A stretch of 64,000 bases of DNA from Phoronis australis (Eukaryota > Animalia > Phoronida): the NCBI GenBank assembly GCA_002633005.1, contig NMRA01000489.1, positions 260,727 to 324,726 on the forward strand. Reading direction: 5' to 3'. The position numbers and the translations under genes are program-made. Positions 27,620 through 40,690 of the stretch are shown here, in pieces. Numbering within the stretch: the stretch's first letter is position 1; every line of letters starts with the position of its first letter. The notes under the pieces were generated by a model. That model was not told where the DNA came from. It saw only the letters and a program-made list of their open reading frames with translations, and made no database searches.

Positions 27620-27696
27620 GGGAGGCGTACTGGTTTGGTCAAAAACAACAAAGTCATCTTTCGCTGTCGGATACTGCATTTGAAACCAGCGTGTGA
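27620..27696 (+). CDS. bves: Popeye domain-containing protein, probable last coding exon
   Basis: ttttctgtcattacag| acceptor, phase-compatible with exon 3. Reads GEAYWFGQKQQSHLSLSDTAFETSV, stop TGA at 27694-27696. Confidence 0.7.
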
Positions 27697-30600
27697 ATCC
27701 CGACGATGGGTTATATGTCTATGCAATCCATGTACGTGAATTGTATTCCACCGGTATTATCTGTGATACATTTTGCAGGAGAATTCATCAGTATATCCCA
27801 ATGACAACACTACGTTATTTATACAGTCACCTTATTCACGCAGTCGCCATGTTACTAAGAGCCTCCTTTTAGGATTTAAAAACAAATGCACCCTGCGCTT
27901 AGTCACAGCACAAAACGTGCTTTTTTGCCTGTCTCGTTATATTTATGTCTCAATTGTATTGTACCTAAAAAGAGGCTCTTTTTAAAATTACGATTGCATG
28001 AATAAGGTCTATTGATGTCTCATGACAGTAAAATGTTCATGACCTGCTATAATCTGTTATCTGTGCATTCAATCTGTTACCGTTTACAAACTATTTTAAT
28101 ATCATTAAAAACATAAAATTTTATGCTCTGTTAGTATACTACGTGTGACACTTTGGCTCAGTCATCAGACAGTGAGCTAAGACTGCATTACACAGAATAC
28201 CACTTTCTGAGTTAGTGGTGACCAAAAGCTTCTTCCTGAAATTGTACATCGTCCTCTCGGAGTCTGTGGTATACCCACAATGCTGCTGTGGGGCACTTGG
28301 TCCGCAACTGTACACTGCTGCCACGTTTATCACCATTTTGCATCAGTGTACATCATCAGTTTTACAACCAAAAAACGCACTCTACGATCCGTGGTAAAGC
28401 AATAGAATTTGAGGCATATCAGTAAAGGAATAACAGTTGCAATACGCATTAGGGCGAGCACAGGCTGATAGCTACGAACTGAACTGTTTGCCTCATTGCC
28501 AAGTGAATCGCAGCTGAGCTCAGGCATGTCAAGGCGAGAACAACAGAGTTAACTAGCAGGTTGTTCATCCAACTGTATTTTAACCTTGGCAAGAGCTGTC
28601 TGCTGAGCTGATTCATGTAAGGCAGATTGCTGAGCTCACAGCAATCTGTCCGACTGTGCTCACCCTCATTTCCCTTTTGTTCCGTTGTATTTAACTGATT
28701 TTTGTCGTTCAAATTATGAGATTCGTTTTTCAATGACGAATTTAGTTTTTAATAGACTGCACTGTCTAAAAAGGTTGGGGAAGAATGATGCCACGAACTG
28801 CCAACTATTATTTTTGGCAACTATCTGTTCCCCAATTCTCAAACATGTCCAGGCACTGTGGCTAATGGCTATTGTAGTGGTTGCCAGTTGGGGAGGCTAG
28901 ATGTTGTAGCTGATGTGTTCGAGGGAACTGCGTCTATGACTGTTTACTTTTTGTTTGCTCAACAGAGATGTTGGCTGTCAATAATAAACCAATAGTATTT
29001 TAGAATGCATGAAGCCAACCGTGCACTATATGACAGCGAGGAATGAGATTACAGGATTACAGGCATATTTTTGTTACCAATTTCAATTCAGACAAAGGTC
29101 AAGGGTCAAGTGTGGGAACACCTTTCTTGAAAGAGCAACTATGTCTTGTGAAGTAAAGACAGTTGTTTTTAACATCAGAATATTAATTGTTTTACGGCAT
29201 GTCAAGTGGTCTGAATAAAAAAAAAACATTTTTAACAAGAGTGGGAGTCACAGCAGCTTTTAACCAATGACATTATGAAGTTGAATATTTATTAACTTTC
29301 AATTCAAATTTTAAGTGGTGTTTATACATTCAAGTGAATAAATGAAAAGCAACGACATGGCAACAGCTTCATAATGAAGTAGTTCTGAAAAAAGTTGACA
29401 AAATCCCTACTTCTTGAAAATTGGCAAAGCTTAGTGGCAAAACATTTGATGTCTTGCTGTTGGCGGATATCCTCACTATGATGGAATGGCAAAAATTTGA
29501 AAAAAAAAATTGTCAACTTTTTTGAAAACTACTTGAATCAATCAAGACTGTTACAGATATGTACAAACTGGCAGCAATGCTTCCATGCAAGTCTCGTTAA
29601 AGCCTACTTTGAAAGGTACTTGTAACAGCAAAACTTAAGTCTCTTTAAATTAAAAACACATTATGGTGGAACAGTAAAATTTTATTCCATCAAAAAATTT
29701 CTAGAATATGATCAGTTGAAAACTTTGTATAGTATGGCTGTCATTAAAAACCAAGATGACATTTTGAATAATTTTGGCAGTGCAGCATTTGGAAAAACAA
29801 AAAAATTGAACACTACTTTTGTTTGAATTCAAGGAAACTATACGGAAACGCATATTCAGCATCACCAATGCCAAAAATTGACCTTATCACAAGCTCAGAG
29901 CCCTAGCGAAATATCGAGAAGCTAACAACTTTTACCTGGCAACGTGTTGTTTGTCAGATAAAATGGCAGCTTGGAAACTAAGGGTGTCAAGAATGCTGCG
30001 TTCTGATTGGTCAGTTATTGGCAAATGTAATGAATGGTTATACAAAGTTATCGCTTTACTTGAAACCCGGAATATTTAATGGTTTTCTATTAAGACCCCT
30101 ATTAAATGCAGCTACTAAATTTAATCTTTGGTTCCATGCTCTCTTATATCAAGTGAAATTAACTCCAAATATCACACAGCAGGACTTCAATTTCTAAAGT
30201 TTAATTGCCAGTCTTTCATAGTCACATTTTGACATCAACAATCTATGTGATACTACGACATTCTACTGGAACGTTCTACACAGTACTCCAGTCATGGTAG
30301 ACTATCTAAGGTGTTACTTCAACATTATAGAAAACAACAAGACCCACACAGTAGGAGTCCAGGTATAAGCACTGTAGGAAGGTCAAATTTCAGAATATAA
30401 TTGAGATGCCTCACACTGGCACAAACAACAACTTGAAGTTTTCACCTATTCAACATACAACATGGCTGACGAGTCAATTCTATTTTATCTAATTTCTTCT
30501 CAAAAAAGATAAGGAAAATTTAGTCTGTTGCTAACATGGGTTTTACTGCGTAGACAGACGTATGTCATAAAACATAGTAAATTTTCCAATTTTTTGCATG

Positions 30601-32361
30601 AAATAAGTGGGAATTACAATTACCATTAGCATTCCGTATAAAGATACAGAATGTCTTGGCTTGTCAATCTTTCCCAGTATTCATTCTACATAGATTGGTT
30701 CATTCCAAATTAAGAAAATAAAGGAAGTGATACTAAGTAGACGGGCTACTTTAAAACGGAAACTCCTAGCATTTCTTATTAAAGGGATATCTCCTATTAG
30801 TCCACGAATTTCCTCGTTTTTCTCAAACCATGCACATTTTTCTTAGTAATACACTTAATTATCAAAACAATAATAATTCACACAACGAGACAGCAGATAA
30901 TAACAATTCCAACTTCATAAAATTTGAACTGGTGTAAACTCTAGTGCTCTCAACTAGACCACTAAGTAACAGTAACAGTAAATATACAATCGCACATAAA
31001 ATTTCACGTTAAACTTGCCTTTTTATATACCTCATAATCCTGTTTTTGGAGCATATCCACCTTACCACATTTCTTGACCCATGTTGTCCATACTAAAATG
31101 GTCAGTCATGTATACACTAGCAGCTAATTTTCCAGTACGTACAAAAATTGTTCTTTGCTGAAAGGATTTGTTTACACTAAAGCTGTACAAGACAAAAGAA
31201 AACTGACAACATGACCTGTTATTCCGCATCATGAGGGCCGAGCACAAGCAGAATTCCATGACACACACCTCTTCGAACTGCGTCACTTTCCTCAGATTAA
31301 CATGTCAAGGAGTGCTCCTTTAAGTAATCTTCAGTAATTGTGTTTCAAGACACTAGCCACTCTGAGGTGACTGAAGAGTGCCTGACAGGCGCAGACAGTA
31401 AATTGAGCACTTTCACCAAACTTTACTCAGTCCCTTTAATTACTGGAGAATTAATAACTATTCAGGATGACTTTGTGCGAGAACACCACAGCATACTTAA
31501 GTGAAAGGGCTTGAAATCTAGAGTAATTCTCAGCGCTCCAGATAGTACTCAAGAAAGTGAAACCACCAATAATCTAGAGTAATTCTCAGTGCTCCAGCTA
31601 CTACTCAAGAAAGCGGGATCACCAATAATTCCTGAGTATAATTTCAAGCGAGCTTGGGGAAAATTACTCGGAAAATTATAGTTAAAAAAAGGACTCGATA
31701 CGTAAAAAATATTTTAAGCCTTAAGTTCACAATTTCATAACTTAATGTACAAATTACATACCCTGCAATTATTTACTTGAAAACCTTGCAGATGACAACA
31801 ACCTCCTTTACTGGACTGTAGAGTGCGCTAGGTTCTAAAATGTGCATAATTTTTTTGTGCCAAGGACTTCGATAACAACTTGAGAATAGTTCTTGAGTGT
31901 GAGTATGTCTTTAAGGGATTTGAGTTAAGTACGGTGGTCTCGAGTATAAACTGCGCAAGTGCACTTTAAAATGAAGTGTAAGTAATGTAAGGGTGTTAGA
32001 AATGTTTGGTGGTAATGCTTTTTGATTTTGGGACGAGGCTTGATGTTCGTAAAAAAATGTATTCCAACCCTAACCCCACACTAGTCACAACTAAAGGTCA
32101 TCACTGACACGTGACTAAACAATTAGTCATGACTACCGTAGAATGTGACAAGGATGCCTTATAATATACCAAAAGCACTCGAGCGAAACCTTTCATCCCA
32201 ACTGGGCGTGCAACTCTGAGTGTAATGGACACACGCACACTGCAGCCATACAATACAAATATGAATAAATAAATGAGCCCAGTCTCGGATCCATTTCACA
32301 GGCTTTATACAACTGTGCACCATCACCTCTCCATCACCTTGTCAGCCTATAAACACTGCTG

Positions 32362-32367
32362 CTATGT
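32362..32367 (-). CDS. bre-4: GT7 glycosyltransferase, candidate terminal exon (Thr-stop, then long 3' UTR)
   Basis: Strong minus-strand acceptor tctgtttgtttttcag|ACA TAG, phase 0, matching the exon 6 donor. Confidence 0.5.
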   Translation of the reverse strand, partial: T

Positions 32368-33533
32368 CTGAAAAACAAACAGACCATTCTTTATTTGGTG
32401 CAAAATACCAATGAATAGGACAACTTGACTTTTGAACTCATCTCAAACAGAAGGTTGTAGAATATTTGAACAATTTACACTGTATTAGTTTGAAGGAAGG
32501 CTAACATTTTTGGAGTTATCTTTACTAAATGCACAAATCCAAAGGCATATAATTATAGTTAGCTACTATTCCCTGGTCCTTGTATGCATACAATAGTGAA
32601 GAGATATATGACAATTCTCCACTTACTTTGCTAAAAAATAATTGTCAAAAGTGTTACTTTTCCAAAGCTGATTTGATGACATCCAAACCCTGCTAGTAAC
32701 AGGTTTCTTGATCTTTATTTTGTGGGGAAATTTGACAAAAAAATTTAATTTCTCAGCCATATTTTGTGTGCCCTAAAAAGCGAAGAGTTACCACTGTCAA
32801 TCCAACAACCTGTTTCCCACACCCTGTTACTGCATTTCACTTTCACGGAGCAAACAAAATGGTCCACAGTCTCTGTTCAATGCCGACTCAATAATTTGAA
32901 CACAGAAATTTTTCTCTTACCAAGGTACCTTAGGTAAGGATTAAGTTTATGCATTTTAGCCAATGACGGGAACATTTTATAGAAAATCCAATTTAAACAA
33001 AATTAGACCTAAAATGTCTAAATATACATATAACACTTATATCAGGATACCAGTGACTAAAGTTTATTTTAACACCCAAGCATGGAAGATTGCAATGCTT
33101 TCCACTAGTAATGACCTTTACATTGACTCAAATAAGACATGCCCGCACAAGCACGTGTACGAACACACACATTATATAGTGAGGTAAAAAAGAGCCATGT
33201 TATCCCCATGAGAAGCTTGCATAAAAGTTGGGCCATAATACTATAAATCATATTATTGCCGTCATTGAACACAGGAAAGAAAGATGTCCCCTAGGTATGA
33301 GCAACATCCCTAGTAATATATTGAGAAAACTCTCTCATGAACATTAAATGGTATTGTGTAGGCGCAGTCGCATAAATAATGGTGATGTTTATTAAAACAT
33401 TTTCATTTTGGTGATGAAATAGCAACTTCAGTTATCAACAAAACTAACAAAACAACAGATAACCTTGTTGGAAAAGATGCATTTCAACCTGTTTAGTGGT
33501 TAAAAACAAAAAAATGAATTATACCTCATTAGT

Positions 33534-33664
33534 AGTCTCATAATATCAGTCTCACAATATCAGTCTCACAATATCAGTCTCACAATATCAGTCTCACAAT
33601 ATCAGTCTCGCATCAGTCTCACAATATCAGTCTCATAATATCAGTCTCATAATATCAGTCTCAT
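33534..33664. repeat. 14-bp minisatellite, about 9 copies
   Basis: Unit agtctca(c/t)aatatc. Confidence 0.95.
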
Positions 33665-34037
33665 CACATTGCTTACACTGATACGGTTCTATTTCCATCA
33701 CCAACAAGTTAATATCAAAATCATCAAATGCCTTAAGAAAACGCTTCAGAGTTCACTGGGGTTGGACAACCCTGAAATTCCGAATTTGAAAATGGCCCAT
33801 ACGCGTTTATTTACCAATGACTTGAACTGGAATAATTATAGAAATAGGACCCTATCACGGTAAGGAATATAATTAGTCTGACTGATTTTATGAGGGTAAA
33901 CGTGCCAATTCCATTTTCGATTTTTAGCCAGTTAAGTAAGGCAAAATGCTGTTTCAACCGAATCAAAGGTAGATTTTAGTTAACCGTGCTTCATCCCCAG
34001 ATTTAAGCCACAGAATACAGTGACGTCACAGGCTTAC

Positions 34038-34176
34038 CTTCATGACTTCCTTCTCATCAATTTCAACGTTGACCCACGTGAATAGGGGCTTCAGTTCTAC
34101 ACCCAGCAACTTGTACTTGAGACTGTTTAGACCGTCTGTTTTAAAGCGCTGACTGCCGGTTCTAAGCATTTGAAAC
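34038..34176 (-). CDS. bre-4: GT7 glycosyltransferase, coding exon 6
   Basis: Reads FQMLRTGSQRFKTDGLNSLKYKLLGVELKPLFTWVNVEIDEKEVMK (DGLNSLxY motif). Strong donor aag|gtaagc, phase 0. Confidence 0.93.
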
Positions 34177-34466
34177 CTGCACACAATTTATGAACACTGA
34201 TTTCACTCTGAATGGATAAGACTTCCGTCCCAATTTTCAAAACTGGCAAAACATTTTAAATTTTACACCCTCAACTCCAGACTGGACTTCAATATGTAAT
34301 GTAACTGCACAGAGAAAAATACTGTCCTGACCAGCAAGTTTTACGTAGAGGAACTAAAGGAATAATAGTAAAAGTAACAACTGAGAAGTAGATACTGCAG
34401 CGCTATGACATCCATAGCAGCCAGCAGTCAAGGGGATCACTGTCTTACTAGTAACTAGTCACTCAC

Positions 34467-34571
34467 CGCTGTTCATTGGGTCTGTTACCATCGTCGTTTT
34501 TGTGAGAGATCATTTTATAGCGGGCAATAGCCAGTGGATAACGTGATATTCTATAGCCATTGGCTTTAATT
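34467..34571 (-). CDS. bre-4: GT7 glycosyltransferase, coding exon 5
   Basis: Reads IKANGYRISRYPLAIARYKMISHKNDDGNRPNEQR (metal-binding MxxH). Splice sites ctttcag| and |gtgagt. Confidence 0.94.
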
Positions 34572-36884
34572 CTGAAAGGAAAATGCAAATGATAACGAAA
34601 ACATAAGCAATTTATTATTATTATGAATGTTCATACCACCGACTCTGCTAGAATATGGTTCACGGAAAATTACCTGTCGGAGCCACAGAAGTTTTTGAAA
34701 CCCCTAACTTTCGGTCTCCCTGACAGTGCACAAGAAAGCATTGCAGGAGAATATTTTGACCACACACTCTTGTTTGGCAAGAGCTTGCTATAGTAGTATT
34801 AAACTGGCAAAAGTTCAAACCACAAACTGATCTTCAAATAACTCACTTTCTGTCAAATTTTAAAGTAATTCATAAATTTTTCTTGGACGCCTACAGTACA
34901 TCCAATGACACAAGTCACATGACAAGCATCGGAGCCGAGACATCTTTGGCCTGCGATACAACAACACTGAGCCACAGAATTCTGAGTGTTTGCCTTCCAC
35001 ATGGTAACTCAACACTCTGATTGGTTGTTTAACAGTTTTCAGCGGCAACCATGTTGCTAGAGTTTGGCTAGTAAGAAATGTTTTATTTGCACACATTAGG
35101 AAGGTAGCCTAAAGGTAACCGCATGTGATGGGGCACTGGTCGCGCATAATCAGCACACAATAGTTGTGGTATCGTGTATGAGAACTGAGTTACTGCTTCA
35201 CTGTCCGAGTCTCCCACAGCAACCAGTTTCTTATGTGTTGGATGATTTATGCCACGGCCAATCAAATACGGGCCATGAGTGGAAGATGTGCACTCAACAG
35301 CTCACGTCTCACAGGACATTCACTTGTGGGTATTCTAAATACGGCTATTTTAGGGTACGATTAGTCACGTGATGTGTAAGCTGATCACAGGAAGCTGGCT
35401 TTGGTTATAGAGCTGCATCGCAGCATAACTAAATTGCTTGTCTCATCATATGCAGCCCAGGCTGAAGCCAAACCCAATATCCAAACTGATGTCAAATTTG
35501 ATATTTTTGTTCTAACTTTAGTAAGAACTCATTGTCATGTCTTCCTGTATACATTATTACTTACACAGAGGGCACACAATCAAGATTATCTCAGCATTTA
35601 CGTTCAAATTTGAACTCAAAATTTCAAATTGTTAGCCAGCATATACAGGTCATTAAAAGCCAACCTGGATTATGTGCTCATCAGCAAAAATCACAAGCGT
35701 AAAATCTTCACGTCAACTTTATACTCATTGTCAGCTATCACAAACAGGTGGCGTGCAGACCAGACTTAAAAAATGTGCGATCTATATTTCCATGCCTGTT
35801 CAAGATTTACAAATATATGTTGTCAGTTTACATGAAATGAACATCTATTGCTTAAGGTGCGTGAAGGTGGTTGAAACCTGGTCTCCTAAATGCATGAAAA
35901 AGTAAGCTAGGATTCATCAAATTTACGCAAGCTCTGTGACGTATCTGTATCCTATGACAGACTTTCTACAATATTGTGGTGCATTGTTATCAAACTTTGT
36001 TGATAAATTATGATCATTTTTCATAAAATTGTGCTGAAATCCCAGGGCGAAAACTCTCCGACTGATGCGTCACTGCCTCGCGATTGTCGATAGGTCAACT
36101 TGAATTCTTGAACAAAAATATAGTTTCAAGACAAGAAATTACTTGAAGTCCTCCTTAAGTTTTCAAAATAGCATCCCTATGATTTTTAAGTTCCTGTCGA
36201 GTCGGGATTAACTGCAGATTGAGTCTAAATCTGCGCTAGATCGTACCCCGCAACACGAGACAAACCTCTGGACGAACACACGTTGTTGTCACGTGACGTT
36301 TGTTTTGAAGTTCGTCTGCGTGTGTGAGAGTGAGCGAGCGTGAATCATCAGAGCTCATTTTCCAGAATAAACACAATGTAACAATGAATCTAGGCGTGCA
36401 TTGTAACTAAAGAAATTAACGAAAAAGCAGTAAAGCAGAACGTGTTTTAATATTTAGCACCTGCTGGTCTCATCTGCTGGTCTCACCTGCTGGTCTCATC
36501 TGCTAAAAAACGCTCTAGAATTGTCTCGGTAAGACCGATATTAATGTCATAGAGTCGCCGGGTGACTGGATGTGTGACAGTCTAACAGTTATTTTCCAGA
36601 AGATTCGGGGTGTAAGGGTGCGAATGTGTTCACTATCAGTGGGTCATTTTGACTTTAAAAAACGGCAATTATGATTAATCAAATAATTCCTCTTAAAATA
36701 ACACGAGTTTTTTACGGTATCCGAAACTTTACGAAATTAGTGCCAATATTTATTTCTTGCCAATGCTACGCTACCCGTTTCATGAATAGATAGTTCCCGA
36801 AGACTAATGTCTTCGATGACGGGTATGTTGCGCATGCTTCCTGGCCACGTGCTTTTAACACCGATCAAGATTTTATTAGTCTTC

Positions 36885-37176
36885 GGGTACAAATAAATTT
36901 GGATTCCTGTAGAGGGAGATCTGTATGGGAAAGATACACTACAATCCCGTTGAGAAGTACGTTGCGTCTGTTCTGAAAGGCCAAACCATAGTGGGACATG
37001 TTACTCGCAAGTTCAGCAAAACTTTAGTATTCATTTTGAAGCACGGCAGAAGGTTGAAGTGTATAGTCACAGCTAAATACCGACATAGCAGCGAGGCTCG
37101 TGGTCAACAAATTCCACGCACAATGACTTTTTCAGGACTGTACGATCTTATTGATAAGTTGAAGATGTTACTGTAG
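36885..37176 (+). pseudogene. Decayed HIRAN-domain ORF next to a pogo/Tc1-like TIR
   Basis: YK*IWIPVEGD, then a frameshift, then NPVEKYVASV...IVGHVTRKFSK...LKHGRRLKCIVTAK...GQQIP...IDKLKMLL, which fits the HIRAN pattern. TIR-like cgcttattagggtgaatagcgta at 37254-37276. Confidence 0.65.
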
Positions 37177-37889
37177 AATTTTAGAACTGTAGGTAAGGCA
37201 TTTCTCGCTGGGCACTTATTTTAGCGAGGGGGGGGCGCTTAAAAGGGCATGGACGCTTATTAGGGTGAATAGCGTAATCAAAATCTGTTAAGATATGAAG
37301 TTTACTGTCTAGTAACTAAAAACTGATAATGAACACAAAGTAAAGCCAGTTTTGGCAATTTCCTGAGAACAGTAATTTTAACACATTGCGAACGTGTGAA
37401 AGGAGAGCAGCTTACTGAAGATTTGGCAAAAAAGGAAACTGGCCAGGCAAACGGAAGCTGTTTTCTTTTATAGCACTCAAATGGTGATGAATATGACCAC
37501 TGCAGACTAATGAAACACTGCAAATTAAGTACCGAAAACCTGCACTTTGGAAGATACAAATACGTGAATATTTTTGTCAGATTTTAATTCACTCATAGAA
37601 AAATCCAAATTTTCTCCAATACTAATCAATCTGAACACTGGTCTTCATATGAAAATACCCTCAGGAACAAGTCATGTGGCTATTCACCTCCAAGGCTAAA
37701 GAAAAAGAAAAAACAATGGAATGAAAACTTAACTGTCAGTCACAGATTTCAGATTGTATTGAACCTGCAAAGCTCATACTAAGAGTAGCCTTAAAAATGC
37801 GAAGACGCAAGATATTGTTCAGCCCTTGTACTTTTGACAGAACATATCTTCACCGCAAAATGCCCCTTTGCTGTCCTTGCAACCCCTAC

Positions 37890-38012
37890 CTGTTTGCCAT
37901 ATCGTCATCTTCCCCTCCCCAACCAAAGAACTTGTTGGCATAGCCGTTGACTTTTCTGAACTGCTCTGTTGTTAAGGCTGACACGCCTCCAAAAATATCC
38001 GCATAAGGCAGT
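37890..38012 (-). CDS. bre-4: GT7 glycosyltransferase, coding exon 4
   Basis: Reads LPYADIFGGVSALTTEQFRKVNGYANKFFGWGGEDDDMANR (GWGGEDDD motif). Splice sites ttccag| and |gtaggg; phases match. Confidence 0.96.
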
Positions 38013-38995
38013 CTGGAACACACAGAGCTCATCATTATTGAGCCAATCACTAAAAGACGAAACCTACAGACTGAACATTAGAATAATTTTTAAGGGTCTC
38101 GGCAAGACTAGTAAGACACTACATGTCACTCTGTTATGCCTGAACTTGGCATTACACTTTATGTCAAGATCAGGTACCGTACGTATATGTGAGTTTGGAA
38201 TACCTGAGTAAACTTGGCAAGTCCTTTCAAATAATCACAATGACGATCACAAAAAAATTGCACTGCGCCAAAGCAAATCATGTGTTAATAAAATAAATAA
38301 GCAACCTTTAATCGCTGTTTTTAACTATTAACGATCTTACTGAACAAAACAATAATTGATTAACCACTCACATAAATTATTCCCTGGATCTGTGACACAA
38401 GTTCCAGTAAAGGAGGGGCTAGCAATCACAAAAATTCTTTACACCACAGAACTGGAGGAACCTAGAGTTCCACGTTTATACTGAACAAGTTTCACCGGAT
38501 TGCTAAATTAATGGACTAATAATTCCAAGTACACCCATATGCAATCTTGAGATAAAGCGTATTTCCAAGTTCAAGCACAATGTGCTTCAGAACAACGAAA
38601 AGGAGACGGTGGATATATATACACAGTAACAGACACAAATTAGTCATTCTCTTGCGTAACTTAGACGAAGTTAAGCAGTGCAGCTGTTCCATTACTCAAG
38701 GTCGTGTGTTCGAGTGTCCCTGGACCACACTGTTAGGCCCTTAAGTCAGGTCTCTAGCTCAGTCCCAGTCACACCGCTAGACCCTTGAGTCAGATGTCTA
38801 CCTCCTCAGCTCGAATTTATCTAGTATATAATAAAAAAGCATAAAAATTGTTCCAAGTGATTACTGCAATGGACCCACATGAACGGCCTGTGCACGTCAG
38901 GTACAACGTGTGCCAGACTGTCAGCAATTTTCTTTATAGTATACATCACTCTTTTTCTATCCATAGAAAGGACAATACACCAAGCCAACACTTAC

Positions 38996-39183
38996 TTGTA
39001 GTTGAACTTATCTATGGAAACACTCATGTGACGCGGTTGAGCTGGACAGGAATAAATGTTCCTATCATCCTCTGGAATTAAGTCGACGTCGCTGAATATG
39101 AAACATTGATAGTTGTCCAGTTTGATACCTTCGGCAAACCCTATGTTCATCAACATAGCTCTGTTAAATCTCGTTGGTGGAGC
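38996..39183 (-). CDS. bre-4: GT7 glycosyltransferase, coding exon 3
   Basis: Reads FNRAMLMNIGF...CFIFSDVDLIPEDDRNIYSCPAQPRHMSVSIDKFNYK (FNRA, DVD and PRH motifs). Splice sites ttttcag| and |gtaagt. Confidence 0.96.
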
Positions 39184-40091
39184 CTGAAAAGTCAAGTATG
39201 GACTTAATAAATTTCAAGCGACGCGTTCAGCCTAAAGAGAACTAAGCACTTATTTAACTTGGAAAGATCCCATAGCTCAACAAAGATCACAGAGTTCAAC
39301 AAGCATAAATGGCTTAGAGAACAAAATATAATATATAAAAATACCATTGGGTGAGGGATGTTTAAATTGACTAACTAAAACGTAGGAGTCGGACATTCAA
39401 CCGAACATGGGAATTTGGAACTGAAATTTGGAAAATTCAAGGATGGGCATTCAGCTAAGAATGGGTACATGGACTACAAAATCAACTCAATTCTCCAATA
39501 AAATTGTTACAATTGCCATTTTGTAATAGGAAGTTGTAGGTTTTGTGTAAATCTCATGTCAATCAGATGAGAAATGCGACCCGTAGCGCATGAATAAACA
39601 AAATTCTCCTGAAATGAGATGGACAGCGCAACATTGATACTAAGTGAAATGAATTTCACCAAGTAATTAACATGAAAATACACCTGTGTCCAAAAGGGCA
39701 GATTTTTTATTGTAGTCAAGGAGGGTTTAACTCAATATCTTAAACGTGTCTCAGCTTTCACTTCTAAAGAGAAAAAAATCTCAGTGGACAGCACCATCCA
39801 CCAGTGTCACATGCACGCTCCCTAGGGGTCCAGCTGTTGCAGACTTTACCAGCCTGTGTGCTGGCGAGATGTGGGACAAACAGACAGGACGAACTGAGCA
39901 TGCTCACACGAGATTTTGAAAAAATGACAAGGTTCTTTCAGAAACATGCATTACTGCCCACAGCACCCTTATTTAGTCATGACCTATAAAATGTAATTCT
40001 ATGTTGGTTTCACGTTGTCAGCAGCTTGGCTAATTTTATGGAAGCCTCACGATGCCTGTTTGGCAAGTGATATTTGACACTTACCAAGTTC

Positions 40092-40690
40092 CCTTTTCAA
40101 CACTGCTTGTAGTGCATGTGCAGTGACATAGCTTGTGACTGGTTAAACCTTTTCAACACTGCTTGTAGTGCATGTGCTGTGACATAGCTTGTGACTGGTT
40201 AAACCTTTTCAACACTGCTTGTAGTGCATGTGCAGTGACATAGCTCATGACTGGTTAAACCTTTTCAACACTGCTTGTAGTGCATGTGCAGTGACAGAGC
40301 TTGTGACTGGTTAAACCTTTTCAACACTGCTGGTAGTGCATGTGCTGTGACATAGCTCGTGACTGGTTAAACCTTTTCAACACTGCTTGTAGTGCATGTG
40401 CAGTGACATAGCTTGTGACTGGTTAAACCTTTTCAACACTGCTTGTAGTGCATGTGCTGTGACATAGCTTGTGACTGGTTAAACCTTTTCAACACTGCTT
40501 GTAGTGCATGTGCAGTGACATAGCTCATGACTGGTTAAACCTTTTCAACACTGCTTGTAGTGCATGTGCAGTGACATAGCTCGTGACTGGTTAAACCTTT
40601 TCAACACTGCTGGTAGTGCATGTGCAGTGACATAGCTCGTGACTGGTTAAACCTTTTCAACACTGCTGGTAGTGCATGTAATGTGACATA
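40092..40690. repeat. 56-bp minisatellite, about 10.7 copies
   Basis: Unit ccttttcaacactgcttgtagtgcatgtgcagtgacatagcttgtgactggttaaa. Confidence 0.97.

Noticed and set aside
38652-38812. tRNA/SINE-like fragment with a B-box-like gtgttcgagt
   Set aside because: No convincing A box and no second copy in the window, so too degraded to call.
40092-40690. Possible CRISPR array
   Set aside because: Head-to-tail units without spacers, no cas genes, and located in a eukaryotic intron.
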